From NCBI RefSeq assembly GCF_963921235.1, contig NC_086097.1:101062001-101126000 (forward strand): a DNA stretch of 64,000 bases. The letters are read 5' to 3'. This document shows positions 13,010 through 26,182 of this stretch, piece by piece; the stretch's first letter is position 1, and every line of letters begins with the position of its first letter. The translations under genes were made by a program, and so were the position numbers. The stretch comes from Mobula hypostoma. Lineage: Eukaryota. The notes under the pieces were generated by a model. It saw nothing but the letters and a program-made list of their open reading frames with translations. It did not search any database and was not told the DNA's origin.

Positions 13010-16000
13010 TCTTTGCATCTGTATTTATTTGGGAGATGGACAGAGAGTCTATAGCAGTGAGGCAAAGCAGTATCAACTTCATGGACTCTGTACAGTTAAC
13101 AGATGAAGAGGAGTTTGCTACCCCGAGGCAAATCAGGATAGATAAATCCCCAGGGCTTGACAGGGTGTTCCCTCAGACCCTATGGGAAGCAAGTGCAGAA
13201 ATTGCCGGGACCCTAGCAGAGATATTTAAAACATCCTTAGCAACAGGGGAGCTACCACAGGATTGAAAGACTGCCAAAGTTGTTCTGTTGTGTAAAAAAG
13301 GCTCTAAACAGAAACCAGGAAATTAGAGGCCAGTGAGTCTGACATCAGTTGTGGAAGGTATTCCAAGGGACCGGATAAATAAGTATTTGAATAGACATAG
13401 GCTAATTAAGGATAGTTGGCAGGCCCTGTGAGTGGTAGGTCACAAGATCACAAGACAAAGGAGCTTCGGTTCCTCTTCGAATCTTCGATTCGGCCCATCG
13501 AGTCTGCTCCACCACTCCACTATGAGCTAAACTATTCTCCCATCTAGTTCCAATTTCCGGCTTTTTCTCTATATCCCTTGCTACCCTGACTAACTAGATA
13601 CCTATCAATCTCCTCCTTAAACACCCTCAATGATCGGGCCTCCACAGCTGTATGTGGCAACGAATTCCATAAATCCACAACCCTCTGGCTAAAAAAATTT
13701 CTCCTCATCTCTGTTTTAAATGGGTATCCTCTAATTCTAAGACTGTAGCCTCTTGCCCTGGACTCACCCACCAAGGGAAGCAACCTTTCCACGTTAACTC
13801 TGTCCAACCCTTTCAACATTCGAAATGTTTCTATGAGATCCCCTCTCATTTTTCTATACTCTAATGAATACAGTCCAAGAGCCGACAAATGCTCCTCATA
13901 TGTTAGCCCCTGCATTCCAGGAATCATCCTCGTAAATCTTCTTTGAACTCTCTCCAACATCAGAACATCCCTTCTAAGATAGGAGCCCCAAAACTGCACA
14001 CAGTATTCCAAATGAGGTCTCACCAGTGCCCCATAGAGCCTCATCAACACCTCCTTACTCTTATACACTATTCCTCTTGAAATGAATGCCAACATAGCAT
14101 TCGCTTTCCTTACTGCTGATCCAAACTGATGGTTAACCTTTAGGGTATCCTGCACAAGGACCCCAAGTTCCTTTGCACTTCCGATTTTTGCATTTTCTCC
14201 CCATCTAAATAATAATCTGCCCGATTATTTCTTCTTCCAAAATTATTTCTTCTTCCAACATTTCTCAACATTGTATCTCATCTGCCATTTCTTTGCCCAC
14301 TCTCCTAAACTGACCAAGTTTCTCTGCAACCTTTCCATTTCTTCAACACTTCCTGCTCCTCCACCTATCTTGGTGTCGTCCGCAAACTTAGCCACAAAAC
14401 CATTTAATCCATAATCTAAATCATCGATATATATTGTAAAAAGAAGCGGCCCCAACACCAACCCCTGCGGAACACCACTAGTAACCGGCAACCAATCAAA
14501 ATAGGATCCCTTTATTCCCACCCTTTGCTTTCTGCCTATCAGCCAATGCTCCACCCATTCCAATATCTTTCCTGTAATTCCATGGGCTCTCATCTTATTA
14601 AGCAGCCTCTTATGTGGCACCTATTGAAGGCCTTTTGAAAATCCAAATACACAACATCCACAGCCTCTCCCTTGTCGATCTTATTTAAGATTGCCTCAGA
14701 AAATTCCAATAGGTTGGTGAGGCAGGATCTTCCCTTCATGAAACCATGCTGGCTTGGGCACATCTTGTCATGCACCTCGAGACATTTCATAACCTTGTCC
14801 TTGAGGATTGACTCCAATAACTTTCCAACTACTGATGTCAGACTAATAGGTCTGTAATTTTCGTTTTGTTGCCACCCTCCTTTCTTAAACAGCAGAACTT
14901 GCGACCTTCCAGTCTTCCGGAAACATGCCAGAGTCTATTGATTCCTGGAAGATCATTTCCAATGCCTGCACAATCTCCAAAGCTACCTCTCCTAAACTGA
15001 CCAAGTTTCCGTGGGTGCACCTCATCCAGTCCAGGAGACTTATCTATTCTTAGTCCAATTTAGCTTCCTAAGTACTTTCTCTCTAGTAATCTTGACTGTA
15101 CCTAACTCTATTCCCTGAGACCGCTGGCTATCAGGTATGTCTTCCACTGTGAAGACTGATGCAAAATACTCATTTAGTTCCTCTGCCATTTCTTTGTTAC
15201 CCATTATAATTTCTCCAGCATCATTTTCAATTGGTCCTATATCTACCTGTGTCACTCTTTTACTCTTCATATATTTTTTTAAAAACTCTTAGTATCCTTT
15301 TTAATGTTAATTGCCAACTTCCTTTCATTATTCATCTTTTCTTTCGTAATGATTTTATTAGTTTCCTTCTGTAAGTTTTTAAAAGTCATCCAGTCCTCAG
15401 TTTTCCCACTAAGTTTTGCTTCCTTGTACACTGTCTCTTTTGCTTTTATTTTAGCATTAACCTCTCTCATTAGCCACAGTTGTTTCATTTTTCCATTCAT
15501 GATTTTCTTTTTTCTTAGAATATATTTTTCCTGCACTTTCCTTATTTCTTGTAGGAATTTCATCCAATTCTGCTCTACCGTCCCTCCATCTAGCTTACTT
15601 TTCCAATCTACTTGGGCCAGTTCCTCTCTCATACCACTGTAATTTCCTTCGTTCCACTGAAATATCGATACACCTGATACCAGCTTCTCCTTTTCAAATT
15701 TGAAACTGAACTCAATCATATTATGATCACTCCTTCCAAGGAGTTCCATTACCTCCAGCTCCCTAATCGCCTCAGGTTCATTACACAGCACCCAATCCAA
15801 AACAGCTGATCCCCTGGTGGGCTCATGGACAAGCTGCTCCAAAAAGCCATCCCATAGGCATTCTACAAACTCCCTCTCCTGAGATCCAGTACCTTCCTGA
15901 CTTTCCCAATCCACTTTCATATTAAAATCCCTCATAATTACCTTGACATTTTCCTTCAGACACACTTTTTCTATTTCCAGCTGTAACTTGTAGTCCACAT

Positions 16001-17860
16001 CCCAGCTGCTGTTTGGAGGCCTGTATATTAGTGTCTTTTTACCCTTGCCATTTTTTAACTCGACCCATAAGGATTCTACCTCTTCTGATCCTATGTCCCT
16101 TTTTTCTAGTGATTTGATATCATTGCTTACCATCAGGGCCACGCCACCCCCTTTGCCTACCTTCCTATCTTTCCTATACACTGTGTATCCTTGGATATTC
16201 AGCTCCCAATCACATCCATCATTTAGCCATGACTCAGTGATAGCCACAACGTCATACCTTTTAACCTGTAGCTGTACAACAAGGTCATCCACTTTATTTC
16301 TAATGCTGCGTGCATTTAAGTATGGTACATTTAGATCAGTATCTGTTACCGATTTTGCTATGTTTCTATCGCACAGCAAATTATCCTGTCTATTCACCTG
16401 CTTGTTCTTCTTGCCATCTTTGCTGTACAGTATCTTTGACTTATTTCTATTTTCCTCTTCCTCGACCCTAACACCCTGATTTCCTTCCCCCTGCCAACTT
16501 ACTTTAAACCCTCCCTAACAGCGAGATTAAACAATCCCGCCAGGATATTAGTACCCTTTGAGTTCAGGGGCAATCAATCGTTTTTGTATAAGTCATACCT
16601 CCCCCAAAATAGATCCCAATGATCCAGAATTTGAAGCCCTGCCCCCTGCACCAGTTACCAGTTAGGTCATGTCTGTTATTTTTTCAAGGAAGTTACCAGG
16701 AGAATGGATGAAGGCAGGGCAATGGATGTTGTCTATATGAACTTTAGTAAGGCTTTTGACAAAGTCCCACATGGGAGGCTGGTCAAGAAAGTTCAGTCAT
16801 TCGACAATCAGGATCAGGTTGTAAATTGGATTGGATATTGGCTTTGTATGAGAAGACAGAAAGTGGTAGTAGAGGGTCACCTCTCTGACTAGAGGTCTGT
16901 GACTAGTGGTGCACCACAGGGATTGGTGCTGGGTCCATTGTTGTTTGATAATGTGGTTAACTGGATCAGCAAATTTGTGGATGTTAGCAAAATTTGGGAT
17001 GTTGAGGACAATGAGGAAGGCTATCATGGTTTCTAGAGGGCTCTGCTTCAGCTGGAAAAATGGGTTGAACAATGGCAGATGGAATTGAATGCGGTCAAGT
17101 GCAAGGGTTTGTACTCCAGTAGGGCCAATCAGGAGAAGTCTTACACAGTAAACAGTAGGGCACTGAGGAGTATGGGCAAGCAAAGGGATCTCTACATAAT
17201 TCAGAGAAAGTGGTGTCACAGGTAGATAAAGTCGCAAAGAAAGCTTTAGGCACATTGGCCTTCCTAAAACAATGCATTGAGTACAGAAGATGGGATGTTA
17301 TGTTGAAGCTGTATAAGATGTTGGTGAGATGTAATTTGGAGTATTGTGTGCAGTTTTGGTCACCTACATACAGGAAAGATTAAGCGAGGTTGAAAGAGAA
17401 AATTTACGAGGATGTTGGCTGGTCTGGGGACCTGAGTTATAAGGAAAGATTGAATTGGTTAGGACTTTATTCCTTGGAATGTGGAAGATGCAGGGGAGAA
17501 TTGAGAGAGGTAGACAAAACCATGAGGGGTATAGATACAGCAAATGTAAGCAGGTTTTTCCGCTGAGGTTGGGTGGGACTCTAACCAGAGGTCATGCTTT
17601 GAGGGTGAAAGGTGAAAAGTTTAAGGGGAACATGAGGGGAAGCTTCTTCACTCAAAAGGTCTTGAAGAGTGTGGAATGAGATACCAGCACAAGTGGTGTA
17701 TGGGCACTAGATTTCAATGTTTAAGGGAAGTTTGGATAGGTACATGGATAGTAGGGATATGGTCCTGCTGCAGGTCAATGGGCCTGGGCAGCACAAATGG
17801 TTCCGCATTATCTAGATGGGCTGAAAGAGCCTGTTTCTGTGCTGTACTCTATCATTCAAT
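13010..17860 (+). mobile_element. Old CR1 LINE split by the 13443-16662 insertion
   Basis: DKSPGLDRVFP (12982-13266) continues as DVVYMNFSKAFDKVPHGRL (16704-16892) after the insertion. Confidence 0.85.
13443..16662 (-). mobile_element. CR1 LINE (ORF1 end + ORF2) with 7-bp TSD-like repeat
   Basis: 372-aa APE ORF 15279-16397, RT pieces 14243-14817, C-terminus 13544-14155; TAGGTCA at 13436-13442 and 16663-16669; (TCTTGTGA)2 tail. Confidence 0.92.
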
Positions 17861-20800
17861 GACAATAGACAATAGGTGCAGGAGTAGGCCATTCAGCCCT
17901 TCGAGCCAGCACCACCATTCACTGTGATCATGGCTGATCATCCACAATCAGCACTCTTTTTCTGCCTTCTCCCCATATCCCTTCACTCCACTATCTTTAA
18001 GAGCTCTATCTAACTCTTTCTTGAAAGAATCCACAGAACTGGCCTCCACTGCCTTCTGAGGCAGAGCATTCCACAGAACCACAACCCTCTGTGTGAAAAA
18101 GTTCTTCCTCAACTCCGTTCTAAATTGTCTACCCCTTATTCTTAAAGTGTGGCCTCTGGTTCTGGACTCCCCCAACATCGGGAACATGTTTCCTGCCTCT
18201 AGTGTGTCCAATCCCTTAATAATCTTATATGTTTCAATCAGATCCCCTCTCATCCTTCTAAATTCCAGTGTATACAACCCCCGTCACTCCAATCTTTCAA
18301 CATATGACAGTCCCGCCATCCCGGGAATTAACTTTGTAAACGTACGCTGCACTCCCTCAATAGCTAGAATGTCCTTTCTGAAATTTGGAGACCAAAACTG
18401 TACACAATACTCCAGGTGTGGTTTCACCAGGGCCCTGTACAACTGCAGAAGGACCTCTTTGCTTCTATACTCGACTCCCCTTGTTATGAAGGCCAACATG
18501 CCATTAGCTTTCTTCACTGCCTGCTGTACCTGCATGCTTACTTTCAGTGACTGATGAACAAGGACACGTGGATCTCATTATACTTCCCTTTTTCCTAACT
18601 TGACGCCATTCAGGTAGTAATCTGCCTTCCTGTTCTTGTCACAAAAGTGGATAACCTCACATTTATCCACATTAAACTGCATCTGCCATGCATCTGCCCA
18701 CTCACCCAACCTGTCCAAGTCACCCTGCATTCTCATAACATCCTCCTCACATTTCACACTGGCACCCAGCTTTGTGTTATCTGCAAATTTGCTAATGTTA
18801 CTTTTAATCCCTTCATCTAAATCATTAATGTATATTGTAAATAGCTGAGTTCCCAGCACCGAGCCTTGCGGTACCCCAGTAGTCACTGCCTGCCATTCAA
18901 AACTGACCCATTAATCCCTACGCTTTGTTTCCTGTCTGCCAACCAATTTTCTATCCCTGTCAGTACCCTACCCCCAATACCATTTGCTCTAATTTTGCAC
19001 ACTAACCTCCTATGTGGGACCTTATCAAAGGCTTTCTGAAAGTCCAGGTACACTACATCCACTGGCTTTCCCATGTCCATTTTCATAGTTACATTCTCAA
19101 AAAATTCCAGAAGATTAGTCAAGCATGATTTCCCCTTCGTAAATCCATGCTGACTCGGACCTATCCTGCCACTGCTATCCAAATATGCCGCTATTTCATC
19201 TTTTATAATTGATTCCAGAATCTTCCCCACCACTGATGTCAGACTAACTGGTCTATAATTGCCTGTTTCCTCTCTCCCTCCTTTCTTAAAAAGTGGGATA
19301 ACATTAGCTACCCTCCAATCCGCAGGAACTGATCCTGAATCTATAGAACATTGGAAAATTATTACCAATGCGTCCATGATTTCTAGAGCCACCTCCTTAA
19401 GTACCCTGGGATGCAGACCATCAGGCCCTGGGGATTTATCAGCCTTCAGTCCCATCAGTTTACCCAACACCATTTTCTGCCTGATGTGAATTTCCTTCAG
19501 TTCCTCTGTTACCTTAGGTCCTCTGACCACTATTACATCTAGGAGATTGTCTGTGTCTTCCCTAGTGAAGACAGATCCAAAGTACCTGTTCAGCTCATCC
19601 GCCATTTCCTTGTTCCCCATAATAATTTCGCCCGTTTCTGTCTTCAAGGGCCCAACTTTGGGCTTAAGTAATTTTTTCCTCTTCACATACCTAAAGAAGC
19701 TTTTACTATCCTCCTTTATATTCTTGGCTAGCTTACCTTCAAATCTCATCTTTTCCCCCCGTATTGCCTTTTTAGTTATCTTCTGTGGCTCCTTAAAAGT
19801 CTCCCAATCCTCTGGCTCCCCACTCATCCTTGCTACGTTATACTTCATCTCTTTTATTTTTATACTGTTCTTGACTTCCCTTGTCATCCACGGTCGCCCC
19901 TTACTCCCCTTAGAATCTTTCTTCCTCTTTGGAATGAACTGATCCTGCACCTTCTGTATTATTCCCAGAAATACCTGTCATTGTTGTTCCACTGTCATCC
20001 CTGCTGGGGTACCTTTCCAGTCAACTTTGGCCAGCTCCTCCCTCAAGGGTCCATAGTCCCCTTTGTTCAACTATAATACTGACACTTCCGATCTTCCCTT
20101 CTCCCTCTCAAATTGTAGATTAAAACTTATCATATTATGGTCACTACCTCCTAATAGCTCCTTTACCTCGAGTTCCCTTATCAAGTCTGGCTCATTACAC
20201 AACACTAAATCCAGAATTGCCTTCTCCCTGGTAGGCTCTAATACAAGCTGCTCTAAGAATCCATCTCTAAGACATTCCACAAACTCCCTTTCTTGGGGTC
20301 CAGTACCAACCTGATTTTCCAAGTCTACCTGCATGTTGAATTCCCCCATAACAACCGTAGAATTACCTTTGCGACATGCCAATTTTAACTCTTGATTTAA
20401 CTTGCACCCTATGTCCAGGCTACTGTTTGGGGGCCTGTAGATAACTCCCATGAGGATCTTTTTGCCCTTACAGTTTCTCAGTTCTATCCATACTGATTCT
20501 ACATCTCCTGATTCTATGTCCCCCCTAGCAAGTGACTGAATTTCATTCCTCACTAACAGAGCCACGCCACCCCCTCTGCCAAGCTGTCTGTCCTTTCGAT
20601 AGGACGTATATTCCTGAATATTCATTTCCCAGCCCTGGTCCTCTTGCAGCCATGTCTCTGTTATCCCCACAACATCATACTTGCCAATTTCCAACTGAGC
20701 CTCAAGCTCATCCACTTTATTTCTTATACTCCGTGCATTCATATATAATACTTTTAGTCCTTTTAAAGTAATACTTTTACTCCCCTCACCTTTCACATTG

Positions 20801-21443
20801 ATTCCTACTGCACTCGACCATACTCTCCGATCCCCTCCTAATCTTTCTGCCCCTTTAATTCTGTTGTCTTTCTTAACTTTTCTTATTCTTTCATTCCCTT
20901 TAACTCCATCCTTATATTTCCCCTCCCCCCCCCGCCCAACTACTTAGTTTAAACACACCCGTGTAGCAGTGGCAAACCTGCCAGCCAGAATGCCGGTCCC
21001 CCATCTGTTAAGGTGCAACCCGTCCCCTCTGTACAATTCATCCTTACCCCAAAACAGATCCCACAGGTCCAAGAATCTAAATCCCTGCTTCCTGCACCAG
21101 CTCCTTAGCCACACATTCAGATCCCCTATCTCCCTGTTCCCGTCCTCTTCAGCACAAGGAACTGGAAGCAAACCCAAGATAACCACCCTGGAGGTCCTGC
21201 TTTCCAGCCTTCTTCCGAGTTCTCTGAAGCCACGCTGCAAAATGTCTCTCATCTTCTTCGCGACGTCATTTGTACCGACATGCACCACCACCTCCGGCTG
21301 ATCACCTTCTCCCTTGAGGATGCCCTGCAATCGGTCTGTGATGTCCTGGATCCTGGCACCAGGGAGGCAACACACCATCCTTAAATCTCACCTGTTGCTG
21401 CAGAAACCCCTATCTGTACCTCTCACTATGGAGTCCCCCTACT
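17860..21443 (-). mobile_element. CR1 LINE with esterase ORF1 fragment and frameshifted ORF2
   Basis: ORF 20944-21378 (HVGTND, DGLHL; SGNH esterase), 20071-20796 APE, 18578-19950 RT; (CTATTGT)2 tail; same subfamily as 33582-37805. Confidence 0.95.
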
Positions 21444-23348
21444 ACCAGAGAGGATGCAGAGGTGATTCAACACCATGCTACCTAAAATGGAATGTTTCAA
21501 TAATGAGGAAAGACTGGTTAAGGTGAGTTTGTTTTACTTGTAATGGAAGAAGCCAAGAGTGGATCTGAGAAAGAACTTCTTCACTCAGAAAATGGCTGGA
21601 ATCTCAAGAATACTACCTGAATGGATGGTGGAGACAAGTACTCTCAACATCTGAGAATTATCAAAATGAGCACTTGAATTGCCAAGACTATGACTGTTGG
21701 TTCATAAAAGACTATGAACCAACAGTACTGAACAGGATTTATATAGGATGCAACTTGGAGCTGGCATGAACATGGTGGGGCTGAGCCTATTTCTGTGCTG
21801 TATCACTAACTTCAAAATAACATACAAGAAAGAAACTTCATATGACTATGCTCAGTAATAGACATGCTAGAAAAAACATAGGTAAAACATGAACAGAACA
21901 AAAGAGTTCAAGTATATTTGAATGGGAATGTGAACATTTTTCTCCCCCACCCTCCAGTATTATCATGGTTCACTAATATTAACTTGTCACCAGTTTTCCA
22001 TTCTCAGCTGACACAAAGAGACAAAAGAATCTACAGCTGTTCTACAATTCAAAGATAGTACTGCACAATTCAGAAAAAAGCATGATAGCATAAATAAAAT
22101 CATTTTAATTGTAAACCCAACTGTCACACTACGATTTTTATGACAATAATACCTCAATGGCTAGCTGGTGGAATACCTAATACCACTATCTTTTTTGCAT
22201 TCAACTCAAGAGAGCAAATGCATAGTCGTAATAGTCTGACAGCTGCTTGTTCTAGGAATAGGATCCCTTTCTTGTACCGTCACTCTTTAGTTTGAGTCCA
22301 CTGATAACTGACCTCCCACTAGGGAGAGTTTGATATATTATTTAAAAATACACACATATATTCCTCCTCAAACAGACCCAGACACACAGATCAAACATTA
22401 TCAGCATTCAATCCTGCAACCAGAACAGCTGTAACCAGAACTCAGCTGATCAACCAGCCTGAAAATGGCTGGTACTACCTTCCATTTAATAAGTAATTTC
22501 TATTTTATTTAAATACAGATCTATATTCTGTTCTACTCTGCCTTATGGAGCACAACTTACTTTGCAACTCAGCTGTTATAAAGATTACCTTGGTCTTTTA
22601 AAATACAAACCAAAATACTCACAGCTTTTTGCATTTTGTGTATGTGCAATCCTGGGCTTCTTCCAAACAGCTTCTAGAGGCATCGGTCAGTATCCCAGTA
22701 GTAACTGCATGGTGATCGTGATCATGCTTTGATTACAAAAGCCTGCGGGCTTCAAGCCAAGTGCCTAGGCAGCTTAACAAATGCTCTGCATAGGGTATTT
22801 TACATCGTCACTTCTACATATACGCTTACGATTAAAAGCCACAATTCCATGGACACAATTTAACAGACAATATCCATATTATGGATTCCAAGACAAAAAT
22901 TCTAACAGCCACAATTTGAACCCACCATTCCTGTTTCCTTACAGTTCCCCCCGCTAACCCCTCTGTCATGAACCACCCCCCACTGATTTGGAAAGCTCCA
23001 TGTATTTTGAATATAATAACGAGATGTCTGGTGCACTGCACACATCAGCCACTATTTTCAGGCACATAAAAGAATAACTTGCACAGAGCAACTTTGAAAG
23101 GGATCAGATTACTTCCAGTTTAAATCTAATCCACATTAAGATTTAAGAAGAATATATAGGATAGGGCTATGACTATCTATACTCCAGATAAAAACATTAC
23201 TTCCATACAGATTTAAATCACCCTTAATATTATATCAATCCAGAGAAACAACAAAATATGAACAGGTTCCATGAAATGACCTCCAGTCACCTCACTGATA
23301 AGTACGAATACAAAGATCTCCAGTGAGTCAGATCTTTTACTCACTTAC

Positions 23349-23403
23349 TTTAGACATGCCGACACAGCACCAGTAATTGGGCAGCAGAAGTTGTACAGAT
23401 TAT
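23349..23403 (-). CDS. Candidate 55-nt exon of an unidentified host gene: (D)NLYNFCCPITGAVSACL
   Basis: Acceptor tccctctcttttgcag, donor gtaagt; only one frame is open (phase 1 to 2); lies in a repeat-poor island. Confidence 0.65.
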
Positions 23404-24442
23404 CTGCAAAAGAGAGGGATGGAGAATTCCGAGCAGACTGCAAAATGACAGAACATTGCAGAAATAAGGAATAAGTCAATTCTGGAGACAACAAAGGCCT
23501 GGGCAAGGTTTTCATGAACATGGACAAAGATTGGGGCAGAAGTAGGCAACCTTTGTTTTCATTATTCCAAAATTATATCTCAAATTAAACTGTGCCATAC
23601 AATTTAGGATAATCAACTGAAATTGTTCTGCATTGTAAATCATTCTAATGAGGCACAGTCCTTTGTTAAGTGCAGTTTAGCTGATATCACTCCGAATGGC
23701 CAAGAACAGCATGCACATGTATTCAGAAGTAACACCTTAGGAAAACCAACTCAATATGCTTCTATTCTAATAAAACTCCAGAGAAATCTGTTGGCTCCAA
23801 TTATTCAAAAATGGACTTTCAAAATATGAAAAGATAAATATTACATAATTAGCCCTCAATACCAAAATTATATCAAAACACTGTTTAATGCAGTGAAATC
23901 AAAACCAGCCCTTATTTTTACATTTTGCTCAAGCTCTTTTGTGGTAGATGTCATTTTAATAGAACATAAAGCAGCACAGCACAGAAACAGGCAACTTGAC
24001 ATCTATCGCCTGTACATGGTCTATATACCTTGCCTTGCCCTTTCATGTACCTGCAAATATCCTCTTAATTGTGGCTACCATGTCTGCTTCAACCACCTCA
24101 CATGGTAATGCATACTCTACGTGTAAAAATAAACTTCTGCCCTCTCATCTCAAAGCTATTCTCTCCAATATTTGTCCATCCCGTCAATGCTGCTCAATTT
24201 TATATTCTCCTGTCAGGTTCACCCCCAGACTTCAATGCCCCAGAGAAAACAATCCTAGTTTGTTCAATGAGAACAGTAATGCTAATACTCTAAACCAGAT
24301 AGCATCCTCTTCTGCACCCTCTCCAAAACCTTTATAGTCTTCTGTAATGCAGTGACTAGATCTGTGCCTAATACACCAAATGTAGCTTACTAAGTTTTAT
24401 ACAGTTGTAACATGATGCTGTCTTTTCCACTCAATTTCCAAT

Positions 24443-25030
24443 GCAGATTGGGAGACCACTTCGCCAAGCATCTACGCTCTGTCCGCTAGAACAAGCAGGA
24501 TCTCCCAGCGGACACCCAGTTTAATTCCACTTCCCATTCCGATATGTCTATCCATGGCCTCCTCCACTGTCGGGACAAGACCACACTTAGGTTGGATGAA
24601 CAACCATTTATATTCCATTTGGGTAGCCTCCAACCTGATGACACAAACATCAATTTCTCAAACTTACAGTAATGCCTCCACTTCTCCCCCTCACCTTCAC
24701 CATTTTCCATCCCCTTAACCCTCTCTCATGTTAACTCCTGCCCGCCCATCACCTCCCTCTGGTGCTCCTCCCCCCATCCCCTTTCTTCCACGGCCTTCTG
24801 TCTCTTTCATTAATCAACTTCCTAGCTCTTTGCTTTATCCCTCCCCCTCCAAGTTTTACCTATCGCCTGGTGTTTCTCTCTCTCATCCCCCCACCTTTCA
24901 AATCTACTGCTCAGCTTCTTTTTCTCCAGTCCTGCCGAAGGGCTTTGGTCCAAAACATTGACTGGACTTTTTTTTTCCCATAGATGCTGCCTGGCCTGCT
25001 GAGTTCCTCCGGCATTTTGTGTGTGTTGAA
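24443..25030 (+). mobile_element. PLE 3' fragment with decayed hammerhead (24928-24963)
   Basis: Homologous to the end of the 26183-28354 ORF; core mutated to CTGCCGA and AAAAC. Confidence 0.85.
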
Positions 25031-25985
25031 TGTAGAAATCTGCAGCACATTACAGGCCCTTCGGCCCACAATGTTGTGCCGACCATGAAACCTACTCTAG
25101 AAACTGCCTAGAATTTCCCTACCTCATAGCCCTCTAGTTTTCTAAGCTCCATGTGCCTATCCAAGAGTTTTTTAAAAGACCCTATTGTATCTGCTTCTGC
25201 CACCGTCGCTGGTAGTGCATTCCACGCACCTACCACTCTGTGTGAAAAATGTACCCCTGACATCCCCTCTTGTATCTACTTCCAAGTGCCTTAAAACTAT
25301 GCCCCCTTATGTTAGCCATTTCAGCCCTGGGAGAAAGCCTCAGGCTATCCACATGATCAATGCCTCTCATTACCTTATATACCTCTATCAGGTCACCTCT
25401 CATCCTACAGTGCTCCAAGGAGAAACAGCCAAGTTCACGCTACCTGTTTTCATAAAGAACACTCCCCAAATTGAGGAAATCATGTCTCAAACCTGTTGAG
25501 CATTTCTTCAAAGAGGCAACTAAGCAGATGAATGAGGACAGTGAGACAGTGGATGTTATCTATATGGACTTCAGCAAGAACTTTAACAAGGTTTCCTTGG
25601 GAAGCTAGTCTAGAATGTTAGATCACAGGTGATCCAGGGAGAGCTGGCTAAGTGGATACATAATTGTGTTGCTCGACTTTCCAGCTTCTCCAGATTTTCT
25701 CTTGTTTGTGCTACTCAATACACTGACCAAGACAAGCATGCCATACATCTTCTTTACCACCCTGTCTATTTGTGTTACCACTTTCAGCCGTGGACTTGTA
25801 TCTCAAGATTCCTTTGTGATAAATGTTCCTAATGTTACCGCCAATCCCCTTACATTTCACTTTCCAAAAAGCAACATCTCACATTTTTCCTGGTTAAACT
25901 CCATCTACCATTTCTCCACCCACATTTCCAACTGGTTTATATCTTGCTGTATTTTCTGATAATCTTCTTCACCATCCACAACTCC
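25030..25985. mobile_element. CR1 fragments in both orientations
   Basis: ORF 25230-25418 (minus, RGDLIEVYK); plus-strand RT remnant about 25480-25670; minus remnant about 25670-25985. Confidence 0.7.
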
Positions 25986-26182
25986 AGATTTAGATTAGAT
26001 TATGAGGACACGCAGTCCTCGTTAATTGTCATTTAGTAATGCATGCATTAAGAAATGATACAATGTTCCTCATTGCTCCTCCATTCCTCTGATCCCTCAT
26101 CCTCCCCTAACCCCACTCTCCCAGAATATCGCAACCCCCCCTCCCTCCTGAGAACTCCCACCCTTCACCCTCCTCTGACCCC

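Noticed and set aside
24928..24963. Functional hammerhead
   Set aside because: Core mutated (CUGCCGA, AAAAC); counted only as a relic.
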